The notes under the pieces: model-generated | Databases searched by the model: none | What the model saw: the letters and a program-made list of their open reading frames with translations, nothing else | Told to the model about the DNA's origin: nothing | From: Armatimonadota bacterium | Lineage (GTDB): Bacteria; Sysuimicrobiota; Sysuimicrobiia; Sysuimicrobiales; Humicultoraceae | Direction: 5' to 3' | NCBI GenBank assembly: GCA_052386995.1 | Contig: JBQTJP010000309.1 | Span: 1-15,343, forward strand | DNA length: 15,343 nucleotides | Part shown: positions 1-9,984 of the stretch, piece by piece | How the letters are laid out: every line of letters starts with the position of its first letter | How positions within the stretch are numbered: the stretch's first letter is position 1 | Program-made: the position numbers and the translations under genes

Positions 1-1284
1 ACGTCCGGCGTCTGTCGCGTCGGGCTTCTCGGTCTCGGCACGGTCGGCGCGGTGGTGGCCGATCTCCTGGTGCATCGGCGGGACGAGATCGCAGCGCGTG
101 CGGGACAGGCGGTCCATCTCCAGCGGGCCGCCGTGGCGCACCCGGAGCGCCCGCGCGAAGTGCCGCTGCCCGACGGCGTGCTGGCTGGCGACGCGCGTGC
201 GGTCGTCGAAGACCCTTCTGTCGATATCGTTGTGGAGCTCATCGGCGGCATCGAGCCAGCCCGAACCTACATCCACACCGCCCTCGCGAGAGGCAAGGCC
301 GTCGTGACGGCCAACAAACAGTTGATGTCGGCGCGGGGCGATGAGCTGCGGGCCGCGGCGGCGGCCGCGGGCGTCGACCTCTTCTTCGAGGCCAGTGTGG
401 GCGGGGGTATTCCGGTCATCAAGACGATCCAGGAGGCCCTGGCCGGCAACCGCATCCATCAGGTCATGGGGATCGTCAACGGCACGACAAACTTCATCCT
501 CACCCGCATGGCGCACGACGGCGTCGGTTTCGCTGAGGCCCTCGCCGAGGCGCAGCGCCGCGGGTACGCCGAAGCGGATCCCAGCGATGATGTCGACGGC
601 CATGATGCCGCGGCAAAACTGGCCATTCTGGCGTCGGTGGCCTTCAACAGCCGGGTGTCGGGCGCGGATGTGTACCGTGAAGGGATCGGCGCGGTCACGC
701 CGAGGATCATCGGCTACGCGCGCGAGCTCGGCTACGCCGTCAAGCTGCTCGCGATCGCGCGCCAGGTCGACGGCGCCATCGAGGCCCGCGTCCACCCCGC
801 GCTCCTTCCGGTCGGGCACCCGCTCGCCACGGTCATGGACGAACTGAACGCGGTCCTCATCGAAGGCGACCCCGTGGGCCTGGTGGTACTCGAGGGACGC
901 GGGGCAGGCGGCGGGCCAACGGCCAGCGCCGTGATCGGCGATCTCATCGACGCTGTCAGGAACCGCAGTGCCGGGGCCGCGGGGCGGCTGGGGTTCATCG
1001 CGGGCGTGCGCCTGCCGATCCGGGAGATGACCGACGCCGTCCTGGAGTACTGTATCTCCCTCGAAGTCATTGATCGGCCCGGTGTATTCGCACGCGTCGC
1101 CGCGGCCTTCGGCGACGAGCAGGTCAGCATCGCCTCCATCGTGCAGAAGAGCCGCGGTCCCACGGCCGATGTCGTACTGGTCACGCACGAGACTCCCGAG
1201 GCCGCACTGGTGCGCGTCATCGCCAGGCTGCGCGCCCTCGACGTCGTTGCGGCGGTGCCGGCCGTGCTGCGCATCGCCGCGTAG
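1..1284 (+). CDS. hom: Homoserine dehydrogenase with C-terminal ACT domain (5' end lies outside the window)
   Basis: Frame is open from base 1 (TSGVCRVGLLGLGTVG, Rossmann GxGxxG). Contains VVTANK, FEASVGGGIP, GIVNGTTNFIL, GYAEADP, DAAAKLAIL, GRGAGGGPTASAV and the ACT motif DRPGVFA. Stop TAG at 1282-1284. Confidence 0.97.
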   Translation, partial: TSGVCRVGLLGLGTVGAVVADLLVHRRDEIAARAGQAVHLQRAAVAHPERPREVPLPDGVLAGDARAVVEDPSVDIVVELIGGIEPARTYIHTALARGKAVVTANKQLMSARGDELRAAAAAAGVDLFFEASVGGGIPVIKTIQEALAGNRIHQVMGIVNGTTNFILTRMAHDGVGFAEALAEAQRRGYAEADPSDDVDGHDAAAKLAILASVAFNSRVSGADVYREGIGAVTPRIIGYARELGYAVKLLAIARQVDGAIEARVHPALLPVGHPLATVMDELNAVLIEGDPVGLVVLEGRGAGGGPTASAVIGDLIDAVRNRSAGAAGRLGFIAGVRLPIREMTDAVLEYCISLEVIDRPGVFARVAAAFGDEQVSIASIVQKSRGPTADVVLVTHETPEAALVRVIARLRALDVVAAVPAVLRIAA

Positions 1285-2340
1285 GTGACTCCGCCGGTGC
1301 GGGGGTGGGCAGGCGTCATCGACGCGTACCGGACCTTCCTGCCGCCGGTCGGGCGAGTCGTGACGCTCCACGAAGGAGGCACGCCGCTGGTGCCTTCGGA
1401 CGCGCTCACTCGCAGAGTCGGCAGGCCCGTGTGGCTGAAGCTCGAAGGCAGCAATCCCACGGGGTCGTTCAAAGATCGGGGCATGACCGTGGCGATCAGC
1501 CGCGCGGCGACGGATGGTGCCCGGGGGGTGATCTGCGCGTCGACAGGGAACACCGCGGCCTCTGCGGCGGCGTACGGCGCGCGCGCGGGGCTACGTTGCG
1601 TGATCGTGCTGCCCGCAGCCGCGGGCGCCGTGGCACGGGGCAAGCTCGTTCAGGCGGGCGCGCACGGGGCGCAGGTCATTGCTGTCGACACTGGCTTCGA
1701 ACAGGCGCTGGATCTGGCCCGCGCGGCGTCTGCGGCGTGCGGACTCGTCCTGGTCAATTCGCTCAATCCGATGCGCCTGGAGGGGCAGACGACGGCGGTC
1801 TATGAGATCTGCGACGCGCTCGGGCGCGCTCCGGACACGCTCGTCCTGCCGGTAGGCAACGGAGGCAATATCACGGCGTACTGGATGGGATTCGGTCGCT
1901 ACCAGGCCGCCGGCCGCATCGAGCGCCCTCCGCGCCTCATCGGCGTGCAGGCGGAAGGCGCGAATCCCCTGGTGCGCGGCGCGCCCGTCGAACGGCCGCA
2001 CACCCTGGCGTCGGCGATACGCATCGGCCGTCCGGCAAACTGGAACGGCGCCGTCGGCGCGGCGGCGCAGTCAGGCGGCAGATTCGTGGCGGTGTCCGAC
2101 ACCGAGATCGGCGAGGCGCAGGCGGCGCTCGGCGCTGAGGGGATCTTCGTCGAGCCGGCCTCGGCCGCCGCCGTCGCCGGGGCGTGGCGGCTCGACGCCG
2201 CCTCACAGGGAAAGGGAGACGTGGTCTGCGTGCTGACAGGGCACGGGCTCAAAGACCCCGATGCCGTGCCGCAGCGGGATCCGATCAGGATCCCCGCGTC
2301 CCTCGAGGCGCTTCGCGACGCGATCGGGAGTCACCCGTGA
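1285..2340 (+). CDS. thrC: Threonine synthase (PLP-dependent, fold type II)
   Basis: [15 protein letters not shown] (PLP lysine), [29 protein letters not shown] and LTGHGLKDP. The GTG start directly abuts the hom stop codon. Confidence 0.95.
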   Translation: MTPPVRGWAGVIDAYRTFLPPVGRVVTLHEGGTPLVPSDALTRRVGRPVWLKLEGSNPTGSFKDRGMTVAISRAATDGARGVICASTGNTAASAAAYGARAGLRCVIVLPAAAGAVARGKLVQAGAHGAQVIAVDTGFEQALDLARAASAACGLVLVNSLNPMRLEGQTTAVYEICDALGRAPDTLVLPVGNGGNITAYWMGFGRYQAAGRIERPPRLIGVQAEGANPLVRGAPVERPHTLASAIRIGRPANWNGAVGAAAQSGGRFVAVSDTEIGEAQAALGAEGIFVEPASAAAVAGAWRLDAASQGKGDVVCVLTGHGLKDPDAVPQRDPIRIPASLEALRDAIGSHP

Positions 2341-2395
2341 TGCGACCGGACGCGGAACGACTGCACGGCGCCGCGGGGATGCTGGGAGGCGCGAT

Positions 2396-3616
2396 GTGGG
2401 AGTGATCGTCCAGAAGTACGGCGGCAGTTCGGTGGCCACGACCGAGCGGATGCGCCACGTGGCATCCCGCGTCACCGCCACGCGACGGAATGGCACCGAC
2501 GTCGTGGTCGTCGTCTCGGCGCCTGGCGATACGACCGATGATCTGATCACGCGGGCCCACGAGATCACCGCGCGCCCCCCGGCCCGGGAGCTGGACATGC
2601 TCATGGCCGTGGGCGAGCAGATCTCGATCGCGCTGCTCTCCATGGCGATCCAGGAGCTGGGACTGGAGGCCATCTCGCTGACCGGCGGCCAGGTCCGCAT
2701 CCTGACCGACGGCATTCACACGAAGGCGCGCATCCTCGAAGTCGACCGCCGGCGCATTGACGCCGAGCTCGGACGTGGGCGGGTCGTGGTCGTCGCCGGC
2801 TTTCAAGGTGTCACTCCAGACCACGAGATCACCACCCTGGGACGCGGGGGATCGGACGTCACCGCGGTGGCGCTCGCCGCGGCGCTCGGCGCGAGCAGCT
2901 GCGAGATCTACACCGACGTGCACGGCGTCTTCACCGCCGATCCCAGGATTGTGCCTGAGGCCCGGCAATTAGACCTGCTGTCGTACGATGAAATGCTTGA
3001 GATGGCCAGTAGCGGCGCGGTCGTTCTTCAGACTCGATCGGTGGAGTACGCGAAGTTCCACGGCGTGAGGCTCCATGTCCGATCAACCTGGAGTGAAGCG
3101 CCCGGCACCATCGTGGAGGAGGTCCCTGAGATGGAACACGTTCGCCTGGTGACGGGCGTCACGCACGACCTGAATGTCGCGCGCATGACGATCCGCGACT
3201 TGCCGGACGTCCCGGGCGTCGCCCACCGCATCTTCTCGGCCCTGGCGGCCCGGCACATCAACGTTGACATGATCGTCCAGACGGCCAGCCGCGGCGATCG
3301 CGCGGACATCTCGTTCACGGTCACGAAGGCCGAGGCGCAGGTCGCTGAGGAGACGACACGCCAGGTCGGCCGGGAGATCGGCGGCGGCGACGTCGCGGCC
3401 GCCCAGGGCGTGGCCAAGGTCTCGATCGTCGGAGCGGGGATGGCCAGCAACCCTGGGGTTGCATCGACGATGTTCGGGGCGCTGGCGGGTGAAGGCGTCA
3501 ACATCCAGATGATTAGCACCTCCGAGATCAAGGTGTCCTGCATCATCCCGGCCGAGGACACCGAGCGGGCGGTCCGCGCCGTGCATCGCGCCTTCAATTT
3601 GAACTCCATCCGGTAG
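2396..3616 (+). CDS. lysC: Aspartokinase (alpha subunit, 406 aa, two ACT domains)
   Basis: GTG at 2396 with SD GGAGG at 2385-2389. Motifs [37 protein letters not shown], then ACT1 (DVPGVA) and ACT2 ([22 protein letters not shown]). Confidence 0.96.
   Translation: MGVIVQKYGGSSVATTERMRHVASRVTATRRNGTDVVVVVSAPGDTTDDLITRAHEITARPPARELDMLMAVGEQISIALLSMAIQELGLEAISLTGGQVRILTDGIHTKARILEVDRRRIDAELGRGRVVVVAGFQGVTPDHEITTLGRGGSDVTAVALAAALGASSCEIYTDVHGVFTADPRIVPEARQLDLLSYDEMLEMASSGAVVLQTRSVEYAKFHGVRLHVRSTWSEAPGTIVEEVPEMEHVRLVTGVTHDLNVARMTIRDLPDVPGVAHRIFSALAARHINVDMIVQTASRGDRADISFTVTKAEAQVAEETTRQVGREIGGGDVAAAQGVAKVSIVGAGMASNPGVASTMFGALAGEGVNIQMISTSEIKVSCIIPAEDTERAVRAVHRAFNLNSIR
3131..3616 (+). CDS. Aspartokinase beta subunit (in-frame internal start, 161 aa)
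   Basis: GGAGGAGG at 3115-3122 lies 8 nt before an in-frame ATG (Met246 of LysC) at the kinase/ACT boundary, as in alpha2beta2 aspartokinases. Confidence 0.75.
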   Translation: MEHVRLVTGVTHDLNVARMTIRDLPDVPGVAHRIFSALAARHINVDMIVQTASRGDRADISFTVTKAEAQVAEETTRQVGREIGGGDVAAAQGVAKVSIVGAGMASNPGVASTMFGALAGEGVNIQMISTSEIKVSCIIPAEDTERAVRAVHRAFNLNSIR

Positions 3617-4304
3617 GGCTCCGGAGCAGCAATGACCTACGAGCGGCGCGGCGCAGGCGCCGGCAAACGCGCGCTCCCGCGGACGGCCGGCGTGCACCGG
3701 TCGCGCGCCTCTGCGGACGAGCCCCGCGGCCCCGATGTCCTGGCGCGCCAATACGCCTGCACGCGGGACGCCGCGGCCCGCGCAGCGTTGGTCGAACTCT
3801 GCGCGCCGCTCGTGCTCGGTACCGCGTCGGCGTATGCCACCCAGGGCCTGCGTGACGATCTGGTCCAGGAAGGGTTTCTGGGCCTGCTGCGGGCGATCGA
3901 CCGCTACGATCCTGCCCGGGGGACGCCGTTTCTCGCCTTCGCCCGTCACTTCGTCAGAGGCGGTATCAGTCACTACGTGCGCGATCACCGCTGGATCCTG
4001 CGGCCACCGCGCTCGGCCGAGCGGCCGCTGCGTACGCTCTCGCTCGATGCCGCGCAGGGCCGCGACCGCGACGCTCTATCACCGATGGCGCACAGCCTGG
4101 TCCGGCGCGAGGACACTATGTCGGACGACCGGATCGTGCTGATCGACGCACTCGCCACGCTCGGACACGTGCAGCGGACGGTGGTCTTCTACAGCCACTT
4201 CGTGGGGCTGACGCAAGTCGAGGTCGCGCGCCGCGTCGGCATCTCGCAGAAGCACGTCTCTCGGCTGCTTGCCTGCGCGCTGCTCCGGCTGCGGAGTGTG
4301 TTGT

Positions 4305-5050
<746 letters not shown>

Positions 5051-5085
5051 GCATCGCCTCCGTGCGGCACGGGTTTGATAGAAAT

Positions 5086-5113
5086 GTTCCCGCCTCGTGC
5101 TGGTGAATCCTAC
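5086..5113 (-). promoter_or_regulatory. Putative sigma-H-like promoter of acs (GTAGGA-N18-GAAC)
   Basis: Minus strand reads GTAGGA ttcaccagcacgaggcgg GAAC; same spacing as the other copies in the window. Confidence 0.5.
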
Positions 5114-5121
5114 GGGTTCGG

Positions 5122-5148
5122 GCAGGAAGACCACCTGGCGGGCCGAAA
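5122..5148 (+). promoter_or_regulatory. Putative sigma-H-like promoter of the amidase gene (GCAGGA-N17-GAAA)
   Basis: GCAGGA agaccacctggcgggcc GAAA ends 9 nt before ATG 5158. There is no SD, which suggests a leaderless transcript. Confidence 0.55.
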
Positions 5149-5157
5149 GTCGGGCCC

Positions 5158-6582
5158 ATGAGCCCCACCAGCATGACGGAGATCACGCGTCTCTCTGCGG
5201 CGGCGCTCGCCGTCCAGATTCGCGGGAGCCGTCTGCGCTGCGCGGACGCGGTCGAAGCCTATCTCGCGCGCATCGCGGTCATTGACGACCGTGTGGGCGC
5301 CTATGCGCGCGTGGTCGCCGAGCGGGCCCGGGCTCAGGCGGAAGTGCTGGACGCAGAGATCATCGGCGGCCGCCTGCGCGGTCCCCTGCACGGTGTGCCG
5401 GTCGCGATCAAAGACCTGATGGCGGTCGAAGGCGTCCCAATGAGCGCGGGATCGTCGTTTCTCGTCGAGCCGTCGCGGGAGACCGCCACCGTCGTGCGGA
5501 AGCTCGAAGCCGCGGGCGCGATCGTGCTGGGGACCACGACGCTCCACGAGTTCGCGCTCGGGATGACGAGCGTCAATCCGCACGGGCGGTTCCCCCGAAA
5601 TCCCTGGGACCTCGACCGGATCGCGGGCGGATCGAGCGGCGGCTCGGCGGCCGCGGTTGCCGCGGGGCTGGCAGCGGGCGCCATCGGATCGGACACCGGC
5701 GGCTCGATCCGGATTCCCGGCGCGCTGTGCGGGATCGTAGGACTCAAGCCGACGTTCGGCCGTGTCAGCCGCCATGGCGTGCTTCCACTTGCCGCCTCCT
5801 TCGACACGGTCGGCCCTATGGTGCGCACGGTTGAAGACGCGGCCATTTTCCTCGAGGCGATGGCCGGAAGCGATGAGGCCGACCCGCATTCGGCGCCGGC
5901 ACCGGTCCCGCGGTATGCCCAGGAGATGATGCATCCACCAACGGGGCTTCGCATCGGGCGGCTGGCCGGGCCTGCGTTCGAGGATGACCTCGACCCGGCG
6001 GTCTCGCGTGCGCTCGATGACGCGACGCGCGTGATGGAGTCGAGCGGCGCCTCGGTTCGTCCGGTCACAGTGAAGAGCTTCGAAGCGGGTCACCGCGCGC
6101 AGGTGACGCTGCTCCTCGCCGAGGCCGCGACGTTCCATCGCGGAACGTTTCCAGGCCACGACGGTGACTATGGCCTCGATGTCCGCCGGCTGCTCGACCA
6201 GGGAGCCGCCACGCCCCCGGGCGAGCTCGACGCGGCCCGCGCGGCGATGGGCGAGCTGCAGGTCGAAGTGAGCGCGCTGCTGACGAGTTATCAGGTCCTG
6301 CTGGGTCCGGCGATGCAGGGCGGCGCTCCGCGGATTGGCCATGTGGATCCGTCCGGTGAGCGCTGGCCGGAAATCCGCCGCGTGCTTGGCCGGTTTTCGC
6401 GTCTCTACAATGCCACCGGCTTGCCCGCCATCGTGATCCCCGCCGATCTGGATGTCGATGGCCTGCCCGTCGCGGTGCAGCTCGCGGCCGGGCCATTTCA
6501 GGAAGGGTTGCTGCTCGCCGCCGCGCGGCGTCTGGAGCAGGCGATCGGCTGGTCGCCGCCGGAACTCCCGCGTGGAGTATAG
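5158..6582 (+). CDS. Amidase signature (AS) family enzyme (GatA-like amidase), substrate unknown
   Basis: GPLHGVPVAIKD (catalytic Lys), RNPWD, GGSSGGSAAAVAAG, GSDTGGSIRIPGALCGIVGLKPTFGRVSR (Ser-cisSer-Lys triad), NATGLPAI, GLPVAVQL. No gatC/gatB neighbours. Confidence 0.92.
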   Translation: MSPTSMTEITRLSAAALAVQIRGSRLRCADAVEAYLARIAVIDDRVGAYARVVAERARAQAEVLDAEIIGGRLRGPLHGVPVAIKDLMAVEGVPMSAGSSFLVEPSRETATVVRKLEAAGAIVLGTTTLHEFALGMTSVNPHGRFPRNPWDLDRIAGGSSGGSAAAVAAGLAAGAIGSDTGGSIRIPGALCGIVGLKPTFGRVSRHGVLPLAASFDTVGPMVRTVEDAAIFLEAMAGSDEADPHSAPAPVPRYAQEMMHPPTGLRIGRLAGPAFEDDLDPAVSRALDDATRVMESSGASVRPVTVKSFEAGHRAQVTLLLAEAATFHRGTFPGHDGDYGLDVRRLLDQGAATPPGELDAARAAMGELQVEVSALLTSYQVLLGPAMQGGAPRIGHVDPSGERWPEIRRVLGRFSRLYNATGLPAIVIPADLDVDGLPVAVQLAAGPFQEGLLLAAARRLEQAIGWSPPELPRGV

Positions 6583-6606
6583 CCTCGAGCGCAACACTGG
6601 AGCATA

Positions 6607-6634
6607 ACAGGAGAAGACTTCACTCGGCGAGAAA
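6607..6634 (+). promoter_or_regulatory. Putative sigma-H-like promoter of the ethD-like/ctaAB unit (ACAGGA-N18-GAAA)
   Basis: ACAGGA gaagacttcactcggcga GAAA in the 82-nt intergenic gap. Confidence 0.5.
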
Positions 6635-6664
6635 TCGCCCTTCGACTTCGCATCAGGTGAGGCC

Positions 6665-6982
6665 ATGTTCAAAGTGCTCGTGTGGGCCCGGCGCCGAGAG
6701 GACCTGACGCCGCAGGCATTCCGCGACTACTGGCTCGGCACGCACGCGCCGCTGGTCAAGTCATCGTACGAAGGCCTGCGCCGCTACATCGTGCATCCGG
6801 CCGTGGGCGCGCCGCGCGGCGAGCCGCTCTTCGATGGGATCGCCGAGATGGTCTTTGACAGCCGCGACGCATTCGTTGCCGCGGCGCGCTCTGACGGAGG
6901 CCGAGCGGCCGCCGCCGACCTTACAAGCTTCACGCGAGAGTCCGGCGCGATCTTCGTCGAGGAGCACGCGATCGTCGGATGA
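6665..6982 (+). CDS. EthD-family protein (dimeric alpha+beta barrel)
   Basis: MFKVLVWARRREDLTPQAFRDYWLGTHAPLV, FDGIAEMVFDS and AAADLTSF match the EthD pattern. SD-like AGGTGAGG upstream. Confidence 0.88.
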   Translation: MFKVLVWARRREDLTPQAFRDYWLGTHAPLVKSSYEGLRRYIVHPAVGAPRGEPLFDGIAEMVFDSRDAFVAAARSDGGRAAAADLTSFTRESGAIFVEEHAIVG

Positions 6983-7013
6983 CGGTAGCGCAGGTGTCAT
7001 ACCCGGCGAATCC

Positions 7014-8786
7014 ATGAACACGATCCGCACGCTCGCACTCGTGACCAGTCTTGCGACCTTTGTGCTGCTGGTGGTCGGCGCGACCGTCAGCGCCACCGGC
7101 GCGGGCCTCGCATGCCCCGACTGGCCGCTGTGCAACGGACGGCTGATCCCCTCGCTCGATAGGCTCGTGCTCATCGAGTACGGTCACCGGCTCCTCGCCT
7201 CCGCTGTGGGCGGGATGATGCTCGCGCTGACACTGCTGGTCTGGCGACGCGCGCGCGGGCAGACCGGACTGGTCAAACTGATGGTGCTGTTGCTCGTCCT
7301 CCTTGGCGCGCAGGTAGGACTCGGAGGGGCGACGGTGCTGTCCGCGTTGAAGCCCGTTGTCGTCGGGACTCATCTGGCGGCCGCGATGGCGTTCCTGGGC
7401 CTCCTTGCGATGTTCACGGCCCGGACGTACTGGGAGACCGACTTTCCGCAAGAACGCCCGCCGGTACCGGCGGGCCTGCGGCGCACGGCCCATGTGGCCC
7501 TCGGTCTGGCGTTTCTCCAGATCACCGTCGGCGGGTTCGTGAGCGCGTTCGGAGCCGGGCTGGCCTGTCCGGACTTCCCGCTGTGCAATGGCCGCGTGCT
7601 GCCTACGGCACAGCCTGTCATTCTGATCCACACCTTTCACCGGCTCGTGGCGTTCGCGCTTGTGGTCGCGATTGCGGTGCTGGCCGCACGCGCGCGCGCG
7701 AGCCGCGACCGGATCATTCGCGCCGCGGCCGCGGCCGCCGTGCTCCTCGTGATCGTGCAGGTGACCCTGGGAGCGCTGAACGTCTGGACGCGGTTGGACG
7801 CGACGGTGCGCATCGCCCACCTGGCCGGCGCGGCGGCGCTGCTGGGCACGCTGGCGGTGTTCATGGTGCGCGTGCGGGGGCAGGAAGCCGCTACCGGCAC
7901 GCCTGCGGTCGTGGCCGGCGGGCTCGGTTGGGCGTCAGACTACCTCTCGCTCACCAAACCGCGGATCATCGTGCTGCTCCTGGTGACGACGATCACCACC
8001 ATGGTGGTCGCCGCCGGTGGCGCCGGTTTCGGCGCGGCGCTGGCCGTCTACACGCTGCTCGGCGGGGCGATGGCCGCCGGCGCCGCCAACGCCATCAACT
8101 GCTACTGGGATCGCGACATCGACGCCGTCATGCGCCGCACGCGCGGGCGGCCGCTGCCGTCCGGCCGCGTCACGCCGCGTCGGGCGCTGGCCTTTGGAAT
8201 TGGACTGGGGGTGGCTGCCGTCCTGGTCCTGGGACTGCGCGTGAACTGGTTGAGCGCGCTGCTGGCAGGCTCGGGTATCGCGTTCTACGTGGGAGTCTAC
8301 ACGGTCTGGCTGAAGCGGAGCACGCCGCAGAATATCGTCATCGGCGGCGCGGCGGGCGCGATTCCCCCGCTCGTCGGGTGGGCGGCGGTCACCAACAGCG
8401 TCGGCCTGCCGGCCGTGGTCATGTTTGCGATCATCTTTCTGTGGACGCCGCCGCATTTCTGGGCCCTGGCCCTCAACCGCGAGGACGAGTACCGCGCGGC
8501 CGGTGTGCCGATGCTGCCAGTGGTGCGGGGCACGGCCCAAACGCTCAAGCAGATGGTGTGGTACACGATCGCGCTTTTCGCCGCGACGCTGGGCCTGGCG
8601 GCGCTCGGCGTTGTGGGGCCTGTCTACTTGGCGTCGGCGGTGATCCTGGCCATCCCCTGGATCATCCTGGTGGCACGCCTGGTGCGCCGGACCACGGCCG
8701 GGACGGCGTGGGCCTTCTTCGAATACTCGATCGTGTATCTGGGTCTGCTCTTTGCGGCGATGGCGATCGATCGGCTTCTCGCCTGA
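7014..8786 (+). CDS. ctaB: Heme A synthase (CtaA/COX15) fused to heme O synthase/protoheme IX farnesyltransferase (CtaB/CyoE)
   Basis: N-half: CPDWPLCNG, EYGHR, GTHL, CPDFPLCNG, TFHR, AHL. C-half from ~7938: DYLSLTKPRII, NCYWDRDIDAVMRRTRGRPLPSG, LKRSTPQNIVIGGAAGAIPPLVGW, WTPPHFWAL, EYRAAGVPMLP. Start ATG 7014 chosen as the first ATG after the ethD-like stop. Confidence 0.93.
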   Translation: MNTIRTLALVTSLATFVLLVVGATVSATGAGLACPDWPLCNGRLIPSLDRLVLIEYGHRLLASAVGGMMLALTLLVWRRARGQTGLVKLMVLLLVLLGAQVGLGGATVLSALKPVVVGTHLAAAMAFLGLLAMFTARTYWETDFPQERPPVPAGLRRTAHVALGLAFLQITVGGFVSAFGAGLACPDFPLCNGRVLPTAQPVILIHTFHRLVAFALVVAIAVLAARARASRDRIIRAAAAAAVLLVIVQVTLGALNVWTRLDATVRIAHLAGAAALLGTLAVFMVRVRGQEAATGTPAVVAGGLGWASDYLSLTKPRIIVLLLVTTITTMVVAAGGAGFGAALAVYTLLGGAMAAGAANAINCYWDRDIDAVMRRTRGRPLPSGRVTPRRALAFGIGLGVAAVLVLGLRVNWLSALLAGSGIAFYVGVYTVWLKRSTPQNIVIGGAAGAIPPLVGWAAVTNSVGLPAVVMFAIIFLWTPPHFWALALNREDEYRAAGVPMLPVVRGTAQTLKQMVWYTIALFAATLGLAALGVVGPVYLASAVILAIPWIILVARLVRRTTAGTAWAFFEYSIVYLGLLFAAMAIDRLLA

Positions 8787-8789
8787 GGC

Positions 8790-8981
8790 CTACGGTCGGG
8801 GAAAATGAGGCGCACGAAGATAGACGCGGCCGCCGGCAATCCACGCGGATCTGCCTTCGAACGTGACGGCTTCGGCCCGTTGGACCAACAGCAGCTCGTC
8901 GGTTGAGGCGAGGGCCTTCTTGATCCGCCGCATATTCGTCGTCGCAATCACCGCAATAGTCGTAGAGGGTTTCGTCTTCAC
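8790..8981 (-). CDS. Small hypothetical protein (63 aa)
   Basis: Fills the gap between the cox operon and ctaAB and stops 3 nt from the ctaAB stop. A purine-rich AGGGGA lies upstream of the GTG, and mid-ORF codons mostly end in G/C. No recognisable family. Confidence 0.45.
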   Translation of the reverse strand: MKTKPSTTIAVIATTNMRRIKKALASTDELLLVQRAEAVTFEGRSAWIAGGRVYLRAPHFPRP

Positions 8982-9030
8982 GTCTCATCCCCTGGAGGAA
9001 TGATTAGGTGCCACACGCGTGTGCGGGCGC

Positions 9031-9327
9031 CTACCGCGAGCGGAAAACGTTGACCGCGTCGGGGGCGACGCCGAAGAACAGGACCACCGCAAGCAGCAGT
9101 GGCAAGACGACGGCGTAGACCAGGCTCAGCCGCTCGTAGCGCAGGTGCATGAAGTAGCCCATGATGAGGGCCGCCTTCATCAGAGCCAGGGTGAGGAGCG
9201 AGATGGCCAGCAATACCTTGGGAACCCGCACGAGGACGATGGCGACCTCGAGGACCGTGATCACCAGCAGCCAAAACCAGGTCACCAGGTAGGTGCGGTA
9301 CCCTCCCTCGTGCTGCTCGTCCGCCAC
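9031..9327 (-). CDS. ctaF: Cytochrome c oxidase subunit IV (COX4_pro/CoxQ-like)
   Basis: GTG 9327 with SD GGGAGG. YLVTWFWLLVITVLEV and KAALIMGYFMHLRYE; three hydrophobic segments. Confidence 0.88.
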   Translation of the reverse strand: MADEQHEGGYRTYLVTWFWLLVITVLEVAIVLVRVPKVLLAISLLTLALMKAALIMGYFMHLRYERLSLVYAVVLPLLLAVVLFFGVAPDAVNVFRSR

Positions 9328-9350
9328 GTCGCCCTCCCCGCCTCGACCCG

Positions 9351-9974
<624 letters not shown>

Positions 9975-9984
9975 GCGCGTCCCT

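Noticed and set aside
4010..4023. 14-bp palindrome CGCTCGGCCGAGCG at the point where sigma-3 is missing
   Set aside because: A few palindromes of this length are expected by chance in 15 kb of GC-rich DNA, so a causal link cannot be supported.
5158..6582. Calling the amidase gatA
   Set aside because: There are no gatC/gatB neighbours, and it reads GGSIRIP rather than the GatA-typical GGSIRQP.
6626..6639. GGCGA-GAAA-TCGCC GNRA hairpin as a terminator or riboswitch
   Set aside because: Only a 5-bp stem with no U-tract or aptamer features. The GAAA is better explained as the -10 box of the recurrent promoter motif.
5110..6672. Long antisense or alternative-frame ORFs (e.g. 5110-6672 minus, 7583-8866 plus, 13476-14522 minus, 732-1643 minus)
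   Set aside because: They shadow well-supported genes, are R/P/A-rich and have no motifs, as expected in ~70% GC DNA.
6990..7011. GCAGGT-N12-GAAT upstream of ctaAB as another copy of the promoter motif
   Set aside because: The spacing (12) does not match 17/18 and the first box deviates.
8662..8988. Alternative minus-strand ORF with YCGDC (CxxC)
   Set aside because: It overlaps ctaAB by 125 nt antisense and has a low-complexity R/P-rich tail. The 63-aa frame fits the gap better.
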